Shown here: piece by piece, positions 11,516-24,079 of the stretch | Layout of the letters: each line of letters opens with the position of its first letter | How positions within the stretch are numbered: the stretch's first letter is position 1 | Source: Folioceros fuciformis | Taxonomy: Eukaryota | Reading direction: 5' to 3' | Length of the DNA stretch: 37,575 bases | Assembly: GCA_049999805.1 (NCBI GenBank) | Contig: JBNGIO010005394.1 | Location: 1 to 37,575, forward strand | The notes under the pieces: generated by a model | The model's input: only the letters and a program-made list of their open reading frames with translations | Told to the model about the DNA's origin: nothing | Database searches by the model: none | Program-made: the position numbers and the translations under genes

Positions 11516-11971
11516 ATTTGGCAACCTTATGTGCATTAGTGAAAAGTACACACTATTCCATTGAATTGCAAACTAATCCACGTGTACACAATGCATTGCA
11601 TTGGTACATAAAGTGATAACATGTAGAGAGGAAATGGACTCTCAACATTGATAAGAAAAGACATTTTACGATTTAGTTTTGATTCATTGTTGATTTGTTT
11701 ATGCACATCTGCGTAAAATCACTTTAGTGACACTCCAATATAGTTGTTCGTTCTCTCTTTCTCTTAAACATGGGTGCATTGGTTATCAACGCAATGTTTG
11801 TACAAGACCCTTGTGAGGGATTGGAAGCATTTTGATGGATCGAGAGTCCGAGTATACTTGAAGGTTAAGGATACCTAAACAATTCAGTTTAACATGTAAG
11901 AAACCATGAATGAATGAGAGAACTTAGGCTCCATGAATTTAACAAGAAGATGGAGTATCACAAATATAAAG

Positions 11972-12504
11972 TCATATACAAGTTATGATATTCCTAAGGT
12001 GAAGGTGAAGGTGAAGACTAGAGTAAAGAGGCTTGTCATTACATATGTGGGTGGTAGCTATAGAGTCGAGGTACCAAACACCATCATCATGCGAGGAACT
12101 TGATAGGAAAACAATGTAGAATCCAATTGTTGGCTTCTTATCTCCTAACGGACTAGACGACGCCATGTCTTTAACAATAACACTTGCGGATTGTTTCAGT
12201 TGTTTCTATGGTTTGCTTGCTTTCTTTTTCTTGCAGTCACGAGCCCAATGGCCAGGGATACCACACCAGTTGTAATTCCCCTGGCGCTTAGGGTTTCCAC
12301 TGGTGTTGGATTCACCCTTATATCCTCCTAAAAATTTCCTTTTGTTTTTGTTAGGGTTAGTTATGAACTTAGCTGCTAGGACTTTGTCGGCCTTGACTTT
12401 AGACCCAATAGTGAATGACCTACTTTGTTCCTCCTAGAACAAGGCACCGATCACCTCTTCAAGGGATAGCGTGCTTGTCCTTCCTTCGGCAACAGTAGTA
12501 CATG
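11972..12504 (-). mobile_element. Ty1/Copia gag-protease remnant; continues at 18700+ on the far side of an insertion
   Basis: Minus strand reads TLSLEEVIGALF*EEQSR, a degenerate Zn knuckle (YNWCGIPGHWARDC) and protease WYLDSIATTHICND. Similar to the gag at 36624-36968 (TLTLSELTSALFQEEQSR). Confidence 0.85.
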
Positions 12505-15500
12505 TGTCAGCCTCAAAAATACATCGGAGCTCTACTCCGATGGAACACCGGAGCGTTTTTCCAGAGTCCCTCCAAATTTCAACGAACTAAGGGAACTAAG
12601 GTAAAAGTATCAGTTAAGTCGAGTCTTCGGAGTAACCCGCATGCCGGAGCTCACTCCGTCGAATAAGGCATCAAACTGACTGTCAGGATAGTTTGATCAA
12701 GAACAGGTACAGTAACAATCATGTAGATGGTGGGGCATAACCGCCACAGACGGTTGTAGGCGTGCCAGAATTGGAGTGTAAACATTTACTCTCGCCTTAC
12801 TCTTGCTTATGTTTGCTCCCGTTCAACCCCATTTGTAGATACAAGGAGGACTCTTGTGCTCTGCCTACTTTGCCGACAGCAGGCTGGCTGGCGGCCGGTA
12901 GGTAGGCGGTTGCACAGGCCTGAGCCAGACAAGGGCTGGCCACAAGTGCGAGATCTTGGTCGGCAGCTTAGCCAACTGGCTGTAGGAGGATCCAGGCGGC
13001 TAATCGGATTCGGCAAGATAGGCCAGGAGCAGCTGATGGCGGGATCCTAGGAGCTAGGCCAGGGCGGATCAGTGGCTAGGCAACCAGCAGACAAGTGCGC
13101 AACCGGTCCTCAGTCGGCCTGGCCGAAGAAGTAGACCGGTAGGATCCGGGGCGGTGGGATGGATCTGGTTGAATCTAGGGCAGGCAGCGCCTGGCCTCTG
13201 GCCAGGGGCGGATCCTACAAGGTAGCTGGCGGCGGATCCTGGAGAGGAAGGCCTGGACGGGTCGCCAAGCTAGGTGGTGTGGCTGTCTGATCCCAACTAG
13301 CTAGAGGCCAGGCGGCGGACCCAGCAAGCAGGGTGGCGCAAGATCTAGGCAACGACGCTGAGCCTAGACGACCGGAGCGGTTTGAGGCAAGCCAGCCTGG
13401 CGGGTCGGGGGCCGGATCTAGGGATGGGTAGCAAGTAGGATCCCAACAAGTCGTTGGCTAAGGCTGGCTGGCTAGCAAGCCCCAGGCAGCTTGGCTGGAT
13501 CCAGACACTATGAGAGGATCGGGATGCCAGGCCGCCGGAGTGCGTGATTGCAACCGGGGTGGAGTGGCTAATCAGCATCCCTTCAAGCTCATAGCCCAAG
13601 GGTTTGGCAGCCTTGTGTTTACAGCGCAACGCCTGGGTTCAACCTGTCTTGGGGAAGGTCTACGAGCTACTCAAGCCTCTGTCTGCCATGCCAGTTCGTG
13701 TCCATGGATCATGTTATTACCTCACTGACCCGAGAAAAATGAGAGTGTCGTGCAATCTCTCGTGGGCGCTCATGTCGTCTTGACAAACCTGCATGACCAC
13801 CTATGTGGAGGCAAACATGAGGCTATGTGGTGAAGTCTTCGCATTTGTGGGACTGTTGGAGTGGGGAGGGGAGCTCGAAGAGGACTTGTTACATTCCTCC
13901 ACAGGGTACGGGGCAAGGATATGAAGCTAAAGGGTTGTGTCTAGATTACAGCTGCAGGGCGGATCGTCTTGGCCAGCCAGATGGCATAATTAGCATTGAG
14001 GTTTCTATCCGCAAGTAGCTCGTCCGGTTGCTCGCAGGCGGAAAGCCTAATGTTAATCATGGCAACAATGGATTGTGGAATGTCACTTCTGGGTTCGCCA
14101 TGCTTACAAGGCTACCTCAAGAGTACAAGATGAGGTAGCTCTGGTGGACCAAGGGGGTCTCCCTAGCCAGCAGGATGGGGGTGGGAGGACTTGAAGAAGG
14201 TGGATGCCCTGAGCAAGGTATAGGATGATTTGAGGGAGGTGAGGGAAGTTGTGGAGATGCACTGATGATTTGGGTAGGGGGGTAACCAGTAATGAGTGTC
14301 AAAGGGACAGCTGGCAACCCCTCATAGGTCGGCATTACGATTAGATTTAGGTCGAAGTTAGGGTTAGGGTTTTGGCAAGCGTGAGAAGGATTATCGAGCG
14401 TGTGACTAATGCTAATCCTATTAGACAGTGATGGGGGTTCTTGGCCAAGATAGTATAAGGGGCCAGACCAGTCATTGAGGAGGGGGCAGTCTTTTGGTGT
14501 GATTCCCCTTGTCTCTTGTGTGCAGGCTGCCGGATTAGGACACTGATTTAGCGTGAAAGTGCACCTTGGGCTTGATCCCCTTACCACTAGGGGAACGTGG
14601 CAGATCCTTAGGCTACCAAGATGTGTGTGGCCAGATCCGCAGTTGCTGACTCTTTTTGCATGCTAGCTGAAGTGCCTTGACGTCCCTAGGTAGGTTTCCA
14701 AGGTAAGAATTGCCAGGCTGTGAGCTAAGGAGGCTATCCTACCCAAGACTTCACATCTTTGCCTTAAGGCTGCAAGTAGGGGAGGTTGCTGTGTTACAAA
14801 TTCTAGGGTTGGATAGTTTTGTTGCACATTTAAGGGTGCTGAAGATTGGAGATTGGAGCTGAAGGTTGGAGATTGGCATTAGGGTAGGAGTTTCTATTTT
14901 CAGCCGCTGAGGTAGCTGGTGCTAAGAATAAATCTACGGAGCTAGATCTAACTATTGTAGTTGCTGTTAAGTTTAGGTAGGGGCTGATAGGTAGGATCCT
15001 GTTAGTGCGTTAGGGTGGTTTAATTGATTGCCTTGGCAGGAGATCACTCCCTTGGGAACAAATCTCAAGACTGCAACGACAGTAAGAGCTAATGTGGACC
15101 TTTTGGTGATTTTTGGGTTGAAGGAATCACTCCACATGGAGGTTCAACCAACGAGGCATTTAGCAGCTTGCCTCTCGAGGCCTAGAATTCCACCAAAACA
15201 TCCCTGACCTTCTCACGCCGCCCTGCCCTAGGGTTCCACGCTCCTCAATATCCCTAACCCCGAAAGGAACCCAGGCCCGTTACCTTTCGACCACAATCAC
15301 TACTTAGACCCTAACCATCCTACCTAGCCCAATTCCCTAATTATTTCCCCATAAACTTCAACCAAAACAAAAATTCCCCATAAACTTCAACCAAAACAAA
15401 AAAAAACAATCTCTATCATTTTTCTAGGGAATCTATCTGCCATGTGGACTCCACACTCCAGCACTTGGACTGCTTCCTTGCTTGCAGCCTTGCTCAAATT

Positions 15501-18500
15501 CATGGAGGCCAAGCTCTTGCCTCATAGTCAATGGCCTTTGTTGGTGTTGGCCAAGCTGGGAAGGCTGGGAAAGTTAGGAGGCAAGTGTTGGGAAGGCTAC
15601 CTTCGGGAAGGTGTGGGACAACCCCACGTGGTGGATGGTCCAAAAGATGAGAGAAGTTTACCGGCATCCTGCGGAGGAATGAGGTTGACTCTACCTCAAC
15701 TCCTAGCGAAATAAGGAGCTAGTGAAGGAAGACGCAACAACTCTTTTAGCAACGGACTCCTCCAAGACCACCAATGGGTGGATGATACACGACTTGAAGA
15801 ACCCCTACATCTGAGGAGTGGTGCACTTGACAATCAACTGGCTGTTGGTCACCAAAACGTACCATATACCTGACGGGGTGTTGTTGCTTCTCTACGGACT
15901 AGTGAAAGGCACTCTGGTGGATTGAGGGAAAGTGGTAGCTCATCGGATTTAGTCCGATGTCCACAAGCTTAGGTAGGAGAAACCCCCACCCTCCGGGTTA
16001 GCGCCTTTCCTTTCCACATTCGGGACCATTACAAGTTCCTGACAGATTTGGAAAGGGCGGCCCTCGCTCAATTGCCACCAGCCCGACTACTTCAGCCCTC
16101 GCTCCTCGTAAGGTGGCTGCACTAGTGGCATAGCCCAAGGCTCTCCCAGCCGCACCAGATCCACTGCTCGTGTCAGAACCGTCGGAGGACAGCAGCCAAG
16201 CTGCCCCAACTTCTCCTTCCATGACATCGGCACCCAACTCTCCTCCTCCAAAATGGAAGGTGGAGGCTCCATTAGCTCCGGCACCCCCACCCAAGCGACG
16301 CGCTATCCAGGCGATGTCTACAGTGGGCTAGAGGATTCTCCTTCAGAGCACTCCACCTCCACCGAGTCCGGAGCCAGAAGACTTTCTGACTCTAGCAGTA
16401 GGGGCAACAAGACCACCTAAGACTTAGGAGGAAGCCGATTGGATGGAATTGGTTCGGTTGGCGGCCCAGCTCGATTACAATGAGAAGCATGGAATTGGGC
16501 CGATCGGGATGAACAGCTCCCTTCTCCGCATGGGAGAAAGAAAGGTCGGGGACCTCGTTCTCCCAGTCCGCCACCCACCAGAGTGATTCGACTTCTGTCC
16601 CACAACAGGCCCAAGAGGAAATCGACTAGCAAAAAGCTTTGCCGCAGTCGATAGTCTTGGAGGACCTTATCGAAGGAGGGATCACGGATGTAGAGGCCAT
16701 GAGGAGGGCCATCTGGGCGTCTTTTGGAAGGACTCCCCGACCTCCTAACTATCAGTTCTACATCGGAGCAACTGCAGAAAGAGTGACGCAACCAGCCCAG
16801 GGGATCGTAACTAGTATAGCGGAGGGGCTAGCTTGGTCCTTCGGGCAGGTTGTGGCCAGGGAGGGCAAAAATATTGCCCTCCGAAGAAGGATGACTGAAT
16901 TGGCAACTCAATTGTCTGCTTTAAAGGAGAGGGTTATTGGGCACACCGCGGCACTCCAGGAGGAGTCTGAGAAACATCGGCGGGAGCAAGATCAGTGTTG
17001 ACAGGAGTTCGAGGAACTCAAGGCACAGGTGGCCAATCGGACAGCCGACTTGGAGAAACAACGAGCAGAGGCACAAGAAGAAAATGCCTAAGCTCAGGTA
17101 CTGATGGAGGCCATCCACTCGAAGGAGCGGCAGGCATGGAGAAACGGGAGCTTGACACCTAAGAGACCTACAGATGGCATACAACGGACCGTGATAGATA
17201 CCGGAAGGAGCAAAATCGAGCCCTGGAGGCCAAGAAGGAAGGAGTCCGAAAGTTAGCGAAGTCAGCTCAGCAACTGGAAGAAATGAGGGTCAAGCTTCGG
17301 GTAGTCTAGGTCAAAGAGAAGACCGCCCAACAGGAAATTTGGACTCTTAAGGTGGACCTGGTTTAGATGCGGGAGAGCATGAAGACTCATGGAGATATGT
17401 GGAACGGGAAGCAAAAGGCACTCCTGAACAGGTCCGACGCATTGCGGACCCAGGTTCAGGATTTGGAATTGCAACTCGTGGAATTTGGAGCTCGAGAGGA
17501 ACATCAAGAGGTGGCCCTACTCCGGGCACAGACAAAAGTTGTCGCCAACATCCGACTCCGGGAATCTGTCACAGCCACTTTGGTGGCTCCCGAAGAGCTC
17601 CGGTGTTATGTGGCCTTGGCCATAACATAGAATGCGGACCTTGTAGAGGGTAGGTGGCATCCAAAGTATCGAACACTCTAGAGGATGGTGGTGGACGTTA
17701 TCCAATAATTAGACAACATCCACACCTTCTTCCACGGCGAGGTGCTCCGGGTCCTGAGCGAAACAGCGGAGTCCGTAGCTATTGCAAATGAACTGGACTT
17801 ACCCCTTGATGAGCGGACCGCCCCGATTAGTCCAATGCTCCGGTTACCCAACCCCCTTTCGCCAAATCTAGATTTGCGTAAGGTAGTTTGCTCCCCTCGG
17901 GCTGGTTCTGCCAAGCTACCCATACCCATTGGCGGCGCAGAATCCTCCCCTAGACCCACCTCACTCGTGAGACCCGCGGGTGCTGCTCCTTCGCCGGACC
18001 CCACCCCGCCCACCCCACCCACCCCGCCAACCTCCCATTAAGGCTTCGTGGCATGATCTAGTTGTTACACACTCCTCCCTAGGTAGCTGTAGTCATGTAG
18101 TGCTTAGCTTCCTTTTTGCAGTTATGGCCGCCGTTCAGACTTGAGATTTGGCCCTGTATAAATGTTCTTCAGTTAAATGAAAGAAAGCGCCTCAGGGATT
18201 ACACTCCATTGCTCCACGTGCCTCTCCCTTACGACGTCCTCCATCCCATCATCGCGACTCATCTCTATTCCGTGCAGGTGCCTAGAGGAGCTCTCGGGCA
18301 ATCGCACATCCCTTCCTAGGGCCCCCCTCAAAAGCAACCCAAGTGCACATAGGCAAGAGGCATGCTCTGGAGGTCCTAAGGGGCAAGTGAGAGCAGGCTC
18401 ATAGTGGGGAGTCGACAAAGAGCCACGATGCTCAGGGAGCAAACTCGGCAAATCGGACTACAGCGACCTGATCAGGTAACTCCACCTTAGTACGACGTCC

Positions 18501-18699
18501 ACCCACGCCACAACATAGGGATCCCCTCACGAATCGACACTTCCGCCTTGTCGCCCACGATCCGTTCTGCCCTCCGTCCCACCACACCCACGTTGACGCG
18601 GCCTCCTCGTTCCTTCATTTTCTCTTCGTTCTTTACCGACCGGGCCACCGCTGCGTTTTCTCGCCTAAAAATTTTAAGCAGCCCTCTGGTTGAAAGGCA
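12505..18699. mobile_element. 6.2 kb TG...CA insertion with CATG target-site duplication; probably a Gypsy-derived non-autonomous or deleted element
   Basis: Left junction CATG|TGTCAG, right junction AAGGCA|CATG. Removing the insert plus one CATG restores an in-frame reading (..SKITTCTTVAEGRTSTLSLEE..). No gag/pol or paired LTRs recognised inside. Confidence 0.75.
15770..18041 (+). pseudogene. Decayed accessory ORF of the insertion: transposon-protein-like N-terminal part, Pro/Ser-rich linker, long coiled coil, Pro-rich tail
   Basis: Stop-interrupted frames: LLYGLVKGTLVD*GKVVAHRI (~15885-15950), E/K/R/Q/L-rich helical segments (16639-17630) and a PTPPTPP tail. The architecture resembles extra ORFs of plant Athila/Tat-type Gypsy elements. 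Confidence 0.5.
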
Positions 18700-19479
18700 C
18701 ATGTAGTGATCTTACTTGGACAAAGAAGCTCTACACTAGTCATCGCAAAGTCAGCATGATTAGAGTCTACATTAGCGTCATCATCCTTATCCCTTGAGGA
18801 GGATGCTCTTGCACTAGTCGACTCGATGAAGCCACGTTGCTTGCTCAACTTCTTGTTGATTGCCTTCTTGTCGTTTATGTAAAGAGGTTTCCAAAGGAAA
18901 TTAAAATTTGAAAAGGTTTTTATGAATGTTTGCCAAATTGGTAGTAACAACAAGTCTTTTGGTCTTATACATCAATTGTACTAGGAACTCTGGAATTAAG
19001 CACCCTATGAACGGATAAAGATTGGGATGGGGTCTTATAAGATAGGTTTTTAGTGCGATTTTTGTGCATAGTGCAAAAGAATTGGTGAAAAGGGGACGTG
19101 AAGGAAGACAAGACATTGGTGAAAAAGAGTGGCTAGTGCCTTGTCTCCCCTCACCTCCCCTTTTCACCAAGCTATGAGAGCCCAAGTAGTGAGCGCGCCG
19201 ACCTACTGGTGGCCCATAATTTATTTATTTTTTGCTCTGCAAACGAGGATTTATGTGAACACCTTTAAACCTGAAAACTATTGTTCCCTTCCCATTTGTG
19301 CAACAATTAAAAGATAGCGACAACCTCTCTCATCTCCTTAACGACTTCTAGCATTTTATATATGAGTGAAAAATGGAAGGGCCTAAAGGTTCATCGCATA
19401 GGTCTATTCGTGTTTTGGGTTAAGGTATTCAAATTGTGCATCAACGGGGTGGACTACATAAAAGCAAATGTAGTTCCAT

Positions 19480-19770
19480 TAAAAATTTGAGTTAAGAGTT
19501 GAAGGATTTTTGCTCCAAAGTCACTAGATTTTTAAGTCCTTTCATGAGAAATGGTCATAATGGATAAGCAACATCCCCAATAATGTATGAAGGCACAAAA
19601 ACATCTTTTAGCATGGTAATAAGCTCTCTCAATATGTTCTTTCCGATGAGCAGTTACCATAAACTACTGTTTACTAATATTCCTGCATCATTAGACACTC
19701 CAAGACTCTTGTAACCTCAACTGCCAAAACTGTCTGTTTCAACCATTGCCAACATTATGAAAGAAATGAT
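19480..19770 (-). mobile_element. PIF/Harbinger (HARBI1-like DDE) transposase remnant
   Basis: Minus strand reads IMLAMV...GVSNDAGILVNSSLW and YIIGDVAYPL*PFLMKG...EQKSFNS*L, matching the D..S and GDxxYPL...FN motifs of DDE_Tnp_4. Not called in the ORF track because of stops. Confidence 0.7.
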
Positions 19771-20493
19771 TATATTACTTGATAACATATCATCACTAGA
19801 CATGCTAAAATATTGACTTAAAAAATTATTAAGAGAATATCTTGATAGAAGGCTGAGGAGAAAAAACCCCTAACTTCATCCATAGCCAAAAGCTCAAAAA
19901 TCACAAGCAACCAACAACGAACAAAGAAGAAGGCACAAAGAAATGAAGTGAAAATACCAAGACAGCTGAGCTTGATATTAACCAGGCATTCAGGTTCACC
20001 ATTTAGTTGGCCCATAAACTCAGGTGAAAAACACTCACCCTCCGTCACCCACTATACGTATGGACATGGGCTTGCGGATGGACCGGAGGGCAATTTCAAT
20101 GTAAACACTACTTGAATATGGATGTACGTAGACAGAGTGATATACATACATGCATACATATGTACAGTACATGGAGTCAGCTCAACCTGAGTATGTACAG
20201 TGCATACTGAGCGGTCAGCCCTAATCGATTCGGTTCGAGGCTAGCCTAGGCTACGCTAGGCTGTGCATCGAGCACCGTCGCGGTGGATCTGTTACGCCTA
20301 GCCCAGCCCAGCCCACGGCCACGGCCTACGCCCACGCCCCAGGCCCGGCCTTGCCCCTCCTTCCCCACCACAGCCTTCCTCAAGCCTGTGGGCCGAATGC
20401 AGCCCAGCTGCTGGCCGTCGTCAAGCTGCCGCCAGCCCCAGCTGCTGCTGTCACTGACTGGTGCTGCTGCCAGCCAGTGTACTCTACTGCCTC

Positions 20494-20558
20494 GAGCTGA
20501 GCTGAGCTGAGCTGAGCCCAGCCCAGCCCAGCCGAACCGAGCCGAGCCGAGCCGAGCC
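20494..20558. repeat. Compound pentanucleotide microsatellite (GAGCT)n(CAGCC)n(GAGCC)n upstream of the DRB gene
   Basis: Directly visible. Confidence 0.9.
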
Positions 20559-20769
20559 TTCATCACGGCTCGCTTCCCGTGACATCAAGGGCACGTTCTT
20601 CTCTGCAGGAAGTGAGCATCCTGTTGCTCAGGAGCTCCCGCGCACAGGATACTGCCTAGGCTCTTGTTTGTGTGAGCTAGTTTTGTGGCTAGCTGGTGTA
20701 AGTGTGTCTCGTCGTGGGTGTGAGTGGGAATGCGCTTTTTTTTCCTAAGTGTGGGATGGATGTGCAGGA

Positions 20770-22518
20770 ATGTACAAGAACCAGCTTCAGGAGCTAGCTC
20801 AGAGGAGCTGTTGCAATCTTCCGGCCTATGCTTGCATCCGAGAGGGTCCTGACCATGCCCCACGCTTCAAGGCCACCGTGACCTTCAATGGGGAGACGTT
20901 CGAAAGTCCCACATACTGCAGCACTTTGCGCCAAGCCGAGCATGCTGCTGCCGAAGTGGCCCTCAATACCCTGTCCCGGAGGGGTCCATCGCAATCCTTG
21001 GCTGCAAGAATTCTGGTGGGTGTTGCCCCACCGTCCCACTCGTCTCCTGCCTTTGCTCGCACTTGACTTTCTGGCTGCCAATGTGCAACGGAGGTTGGTG
21101 GTGTTGGTGCTGGGCGCAGGACGAGACGGGGGTTTGCAAAAATCTACTCCAGGAGACTGCTCAACGGGCTGGAGTTTCCCTTCCTGTCTACACCACCACG
21201 CGCTCGGGACCAGGGCATTTGCCTGTGTTCACCTGCACGGTTGAGGTCTCTGGGATGGCATTTTCTGGAGAAGCCGCCAAGACGAAGAAGCAAGCAGAGA
21301 AGAATGCTGCCCTCACTGCGTGGTCTGCTCTCAAGCAGTGTAAGCGCGCCATACTCACCTCCTCCTTCAAGCGTGTAGCTCCCTGTGTTTCTTCGGTGTG
21401 TTGGAATTTGTTTGTTTTATTGTCATGGGTACTGTTTCTTCCTTTCGTGAATCAAAGTTTGCGAGCTCTGTGCGCTCCTTGTTTATGAATACCTTGCAGG
21501 CTCATCTGTAGTTGTGCATTGCTTTCATACACAGATTTAGGTAGGAATGTGATGCGTATTTGATGAAGAAATTGTGAATGTGTCTGTATGTGAATCACAT
21601 GCAGTTGTAAGTCAAGGGCGGTCTTCATCACAAGCTTTGGATACGGAGGTGAGTGAAGAGCAAGAGCAGAACACAATTGCGAGGGCTCTTGCGTATGTCC
21701 ACAGCAAAGAGGAGATGGGCACTTCTACGGGTGTGGAGTGTAGCCCTCTTCAGCAGCAGCTTGCTCCTTGGCAGCATCCGCTAGCCTCAAAGGCTCCACC
21801 TTCGAGGTCAAAAGTGCTGTCTGTTCACGAGGGAGGTGGGCCGGGTGTAACACGGCAGTATCGCAGCAGGGCAGCCTGGTTGCACGGCGATGCAGGACCT
21901 GTGGGCCCCATGTCGGCCACAGGCTCAATGTCGGCCAACAACCAACAGCATTCCAAGAATATGGTAGTGAAGAGTGGGCAGAGCTGCCAGTCGCTTATCA
22001 CCCGGCCTCATCACTCTGTAGTGTGTGGATCGGGCTCCTCACTGGCCAGGGAAGTTGTGGGCGCCAACAGGCATATGGGTCGTATAAATGCCATGGCAGG
22101 TCGCAGCGTGGAAGCTTGTGGAAGCAAAGATATCGGTGAAGGGTCTCTGTCCATGGAAGCACATTTGAAGGATGACGACGAGTGGCTTCAGCCGGACACT
22201 CGTAAATCAAGCAGTATCGGAAGTAGTGGTATGATTGAATCCTCCAATGTGAGCAGACATTCGCTCTGTGGCTCCTACAACCCCATGATGTGGGCTGGTG
22301 GTGGTAGTTCGGACTGGTGGAATTGGCAGACATCCAACCTATCAGCTGCTCACCGTGGGAACATGCATGTTGGCTCTAGTTTAGCTCCACCCGTGTGTGT
22401 GCGGTCCATGGTAACTGTCCATGCCACACCTCCAAGAGTAGTTGCGGATGAAACGGAGAGCATTTCCTGCGAAGGGGAACAAGCTACTAGGCAGGTGCTT
22501 TGTCAGCTGCGGCTTTGA
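20770..22518 (+). CDS. DRB2: Double-stranded RNA-binding protein, DRB2/3/5 clade (two dsRBDs plus C-terminal region), 3 coding exons
   Basis: Exon 20770-21015: MYKNQLQELAQRSC.NLPAYACIREGPDHAPRFKATV...LAARIL. Exon 21120-21339: DETGVCKNLLQETAQR...GPGHLPVFTCTVE..AKTKKQAEKNAA. Exon 21605-22518 ends APPVCVRSMV...LCQLRL. GT-AG introns are in phase. Clade-level call; exact orthologue uncertain. Confidence 0.93.
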
Positions 22519-24079
22519 TGATGCTGGTATGCATGTGACAGATTCATTCGTTGCACTGACCATGAAATCGAGATGGTTTTTGTTCAGTGCTTGCCACCTT
22601 TTTAAAGATTGCTGCCAACAGGTTTGAGCAACTATTTTGAGTTTATACATGTAAACCTAGTGTGCACCTGAAAGTGCGCGCGGCTTTTACTTCTGACCAT
22701 GTAAGTGACTAGTTGATTGTTTTTGTTTCATGGGGTTGTGACAATCTTGGCCATCTCTCCTGAGCTTATTCAGCCAGCCAGCCAGCCGCTTGCGCCTCTC
22801 GAATTCTTAAGCAAGATGAGGGCTCGTGGCAGCAGAATGCATACTCTAGATAGTGTGTATGTAGTTTGTGGGTGTGTGTGTGTGGGGTGTTTTGTCTATG
22901 AGGACACGAGGTTGGGGATAGTGAAGTGTGTGAGACGAGCAAAGCTGGGATGGTAGTTGATGGACCTCAGTTTTTTGTTTCGTGTACAATACATGCACGA
23001 AAGTGGAATGAAAACGTTTCATCTTCTAGGGACTGACATCATCAGTGAATGCGTAGGAGAACTGTCTGTATATGTATGTCCACATGAGCCTCCTGAACCG
23101 GGTGTGGAGTAATGCGCCACAGAAGCAGACTTGATGCTGGGTGGCATATACACCGCGGGAACAGAGGAGTACCTAGTCCAAGGAAGTAGTGACTGAAGAT
23201 ACATAATATGCGTAGGTTGTTAGGGAGGAGGAGGTGTAAGAATATGGAGGACGATTCTTTTGGAGGTAGTAGGCCAGAGGAGGTGGTGCTTCCATGTACT
23301 GGCGGTGGTTCAGCACCGTGCACAACATTCATGTAGGATGCTGCCGTCGCTGGCTCTCTTCCAGCTCTGGCTCTTCGTGTTGCTGGCTCTGCCTGCTTGT
23401 CAGGGTTTGTTGTGCTTCTAGCCGGTCCCTGCATTCTAGCAAGCGGGTGCTGTTTCGATGCGCTCTGCACGATATTGTTGAAACTCCGAGGCACCTTGGA
23501 GCCGCGCACCACTGTCGGGCCCCCAAGCTCGCTACTTTGGGGCCGATGAGACGTAGAGCAAGCACGACTTGGCCGGTGGCACCAAACCTCGTGTGGGGCT
23601 TGGACCGTCGGTTCGGGCGGGAGACGGGCTTTGCGGAAAATTTTGGGTGTAGGTAACGTTTGTGGTTGGAGAGCGAAACGTTTCTACACTCGTCAAGACG
23701 ACGCAGTCCGGATGCGCTCGCGCTAGCCTGAGTGTGGCCTGCAGACACGACTGCCTGGGCTTCTCCGCCTACAGTATACAGTCAGCCTCTGGTCCATCGA
23801 TAGGGCAGGACGCAGCACGACGATGGTAATGACTCTTCATGTATGCCTGGACATTGCAATCTGGAAAGGAATTATAATCTGTTGTCTGAACAGAGAGTTC
23901 CCTTCTGTTTGCTGTCGACGTCGGTCGCAATCTTTGAAGTGTGGCGGTGAGCGGCAGAGGAAGAGGAGAATGGATGCTCCATGAAGGAAGCCGATAGGTT
24001 ATTTGGTACAAGTGTGGTTGGAGATGGTGGTATCATCAACATCAGGAAGGGAGCAGGTAGCAGTTAGACGAAGGGGGAA

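Noticed and set aside
22700-24000. Short ORFs on both strands between DRB and PPR
   Set aside because: No recognisable motifs or exon structure; expected by chance in GC-rich intergenic DNA.
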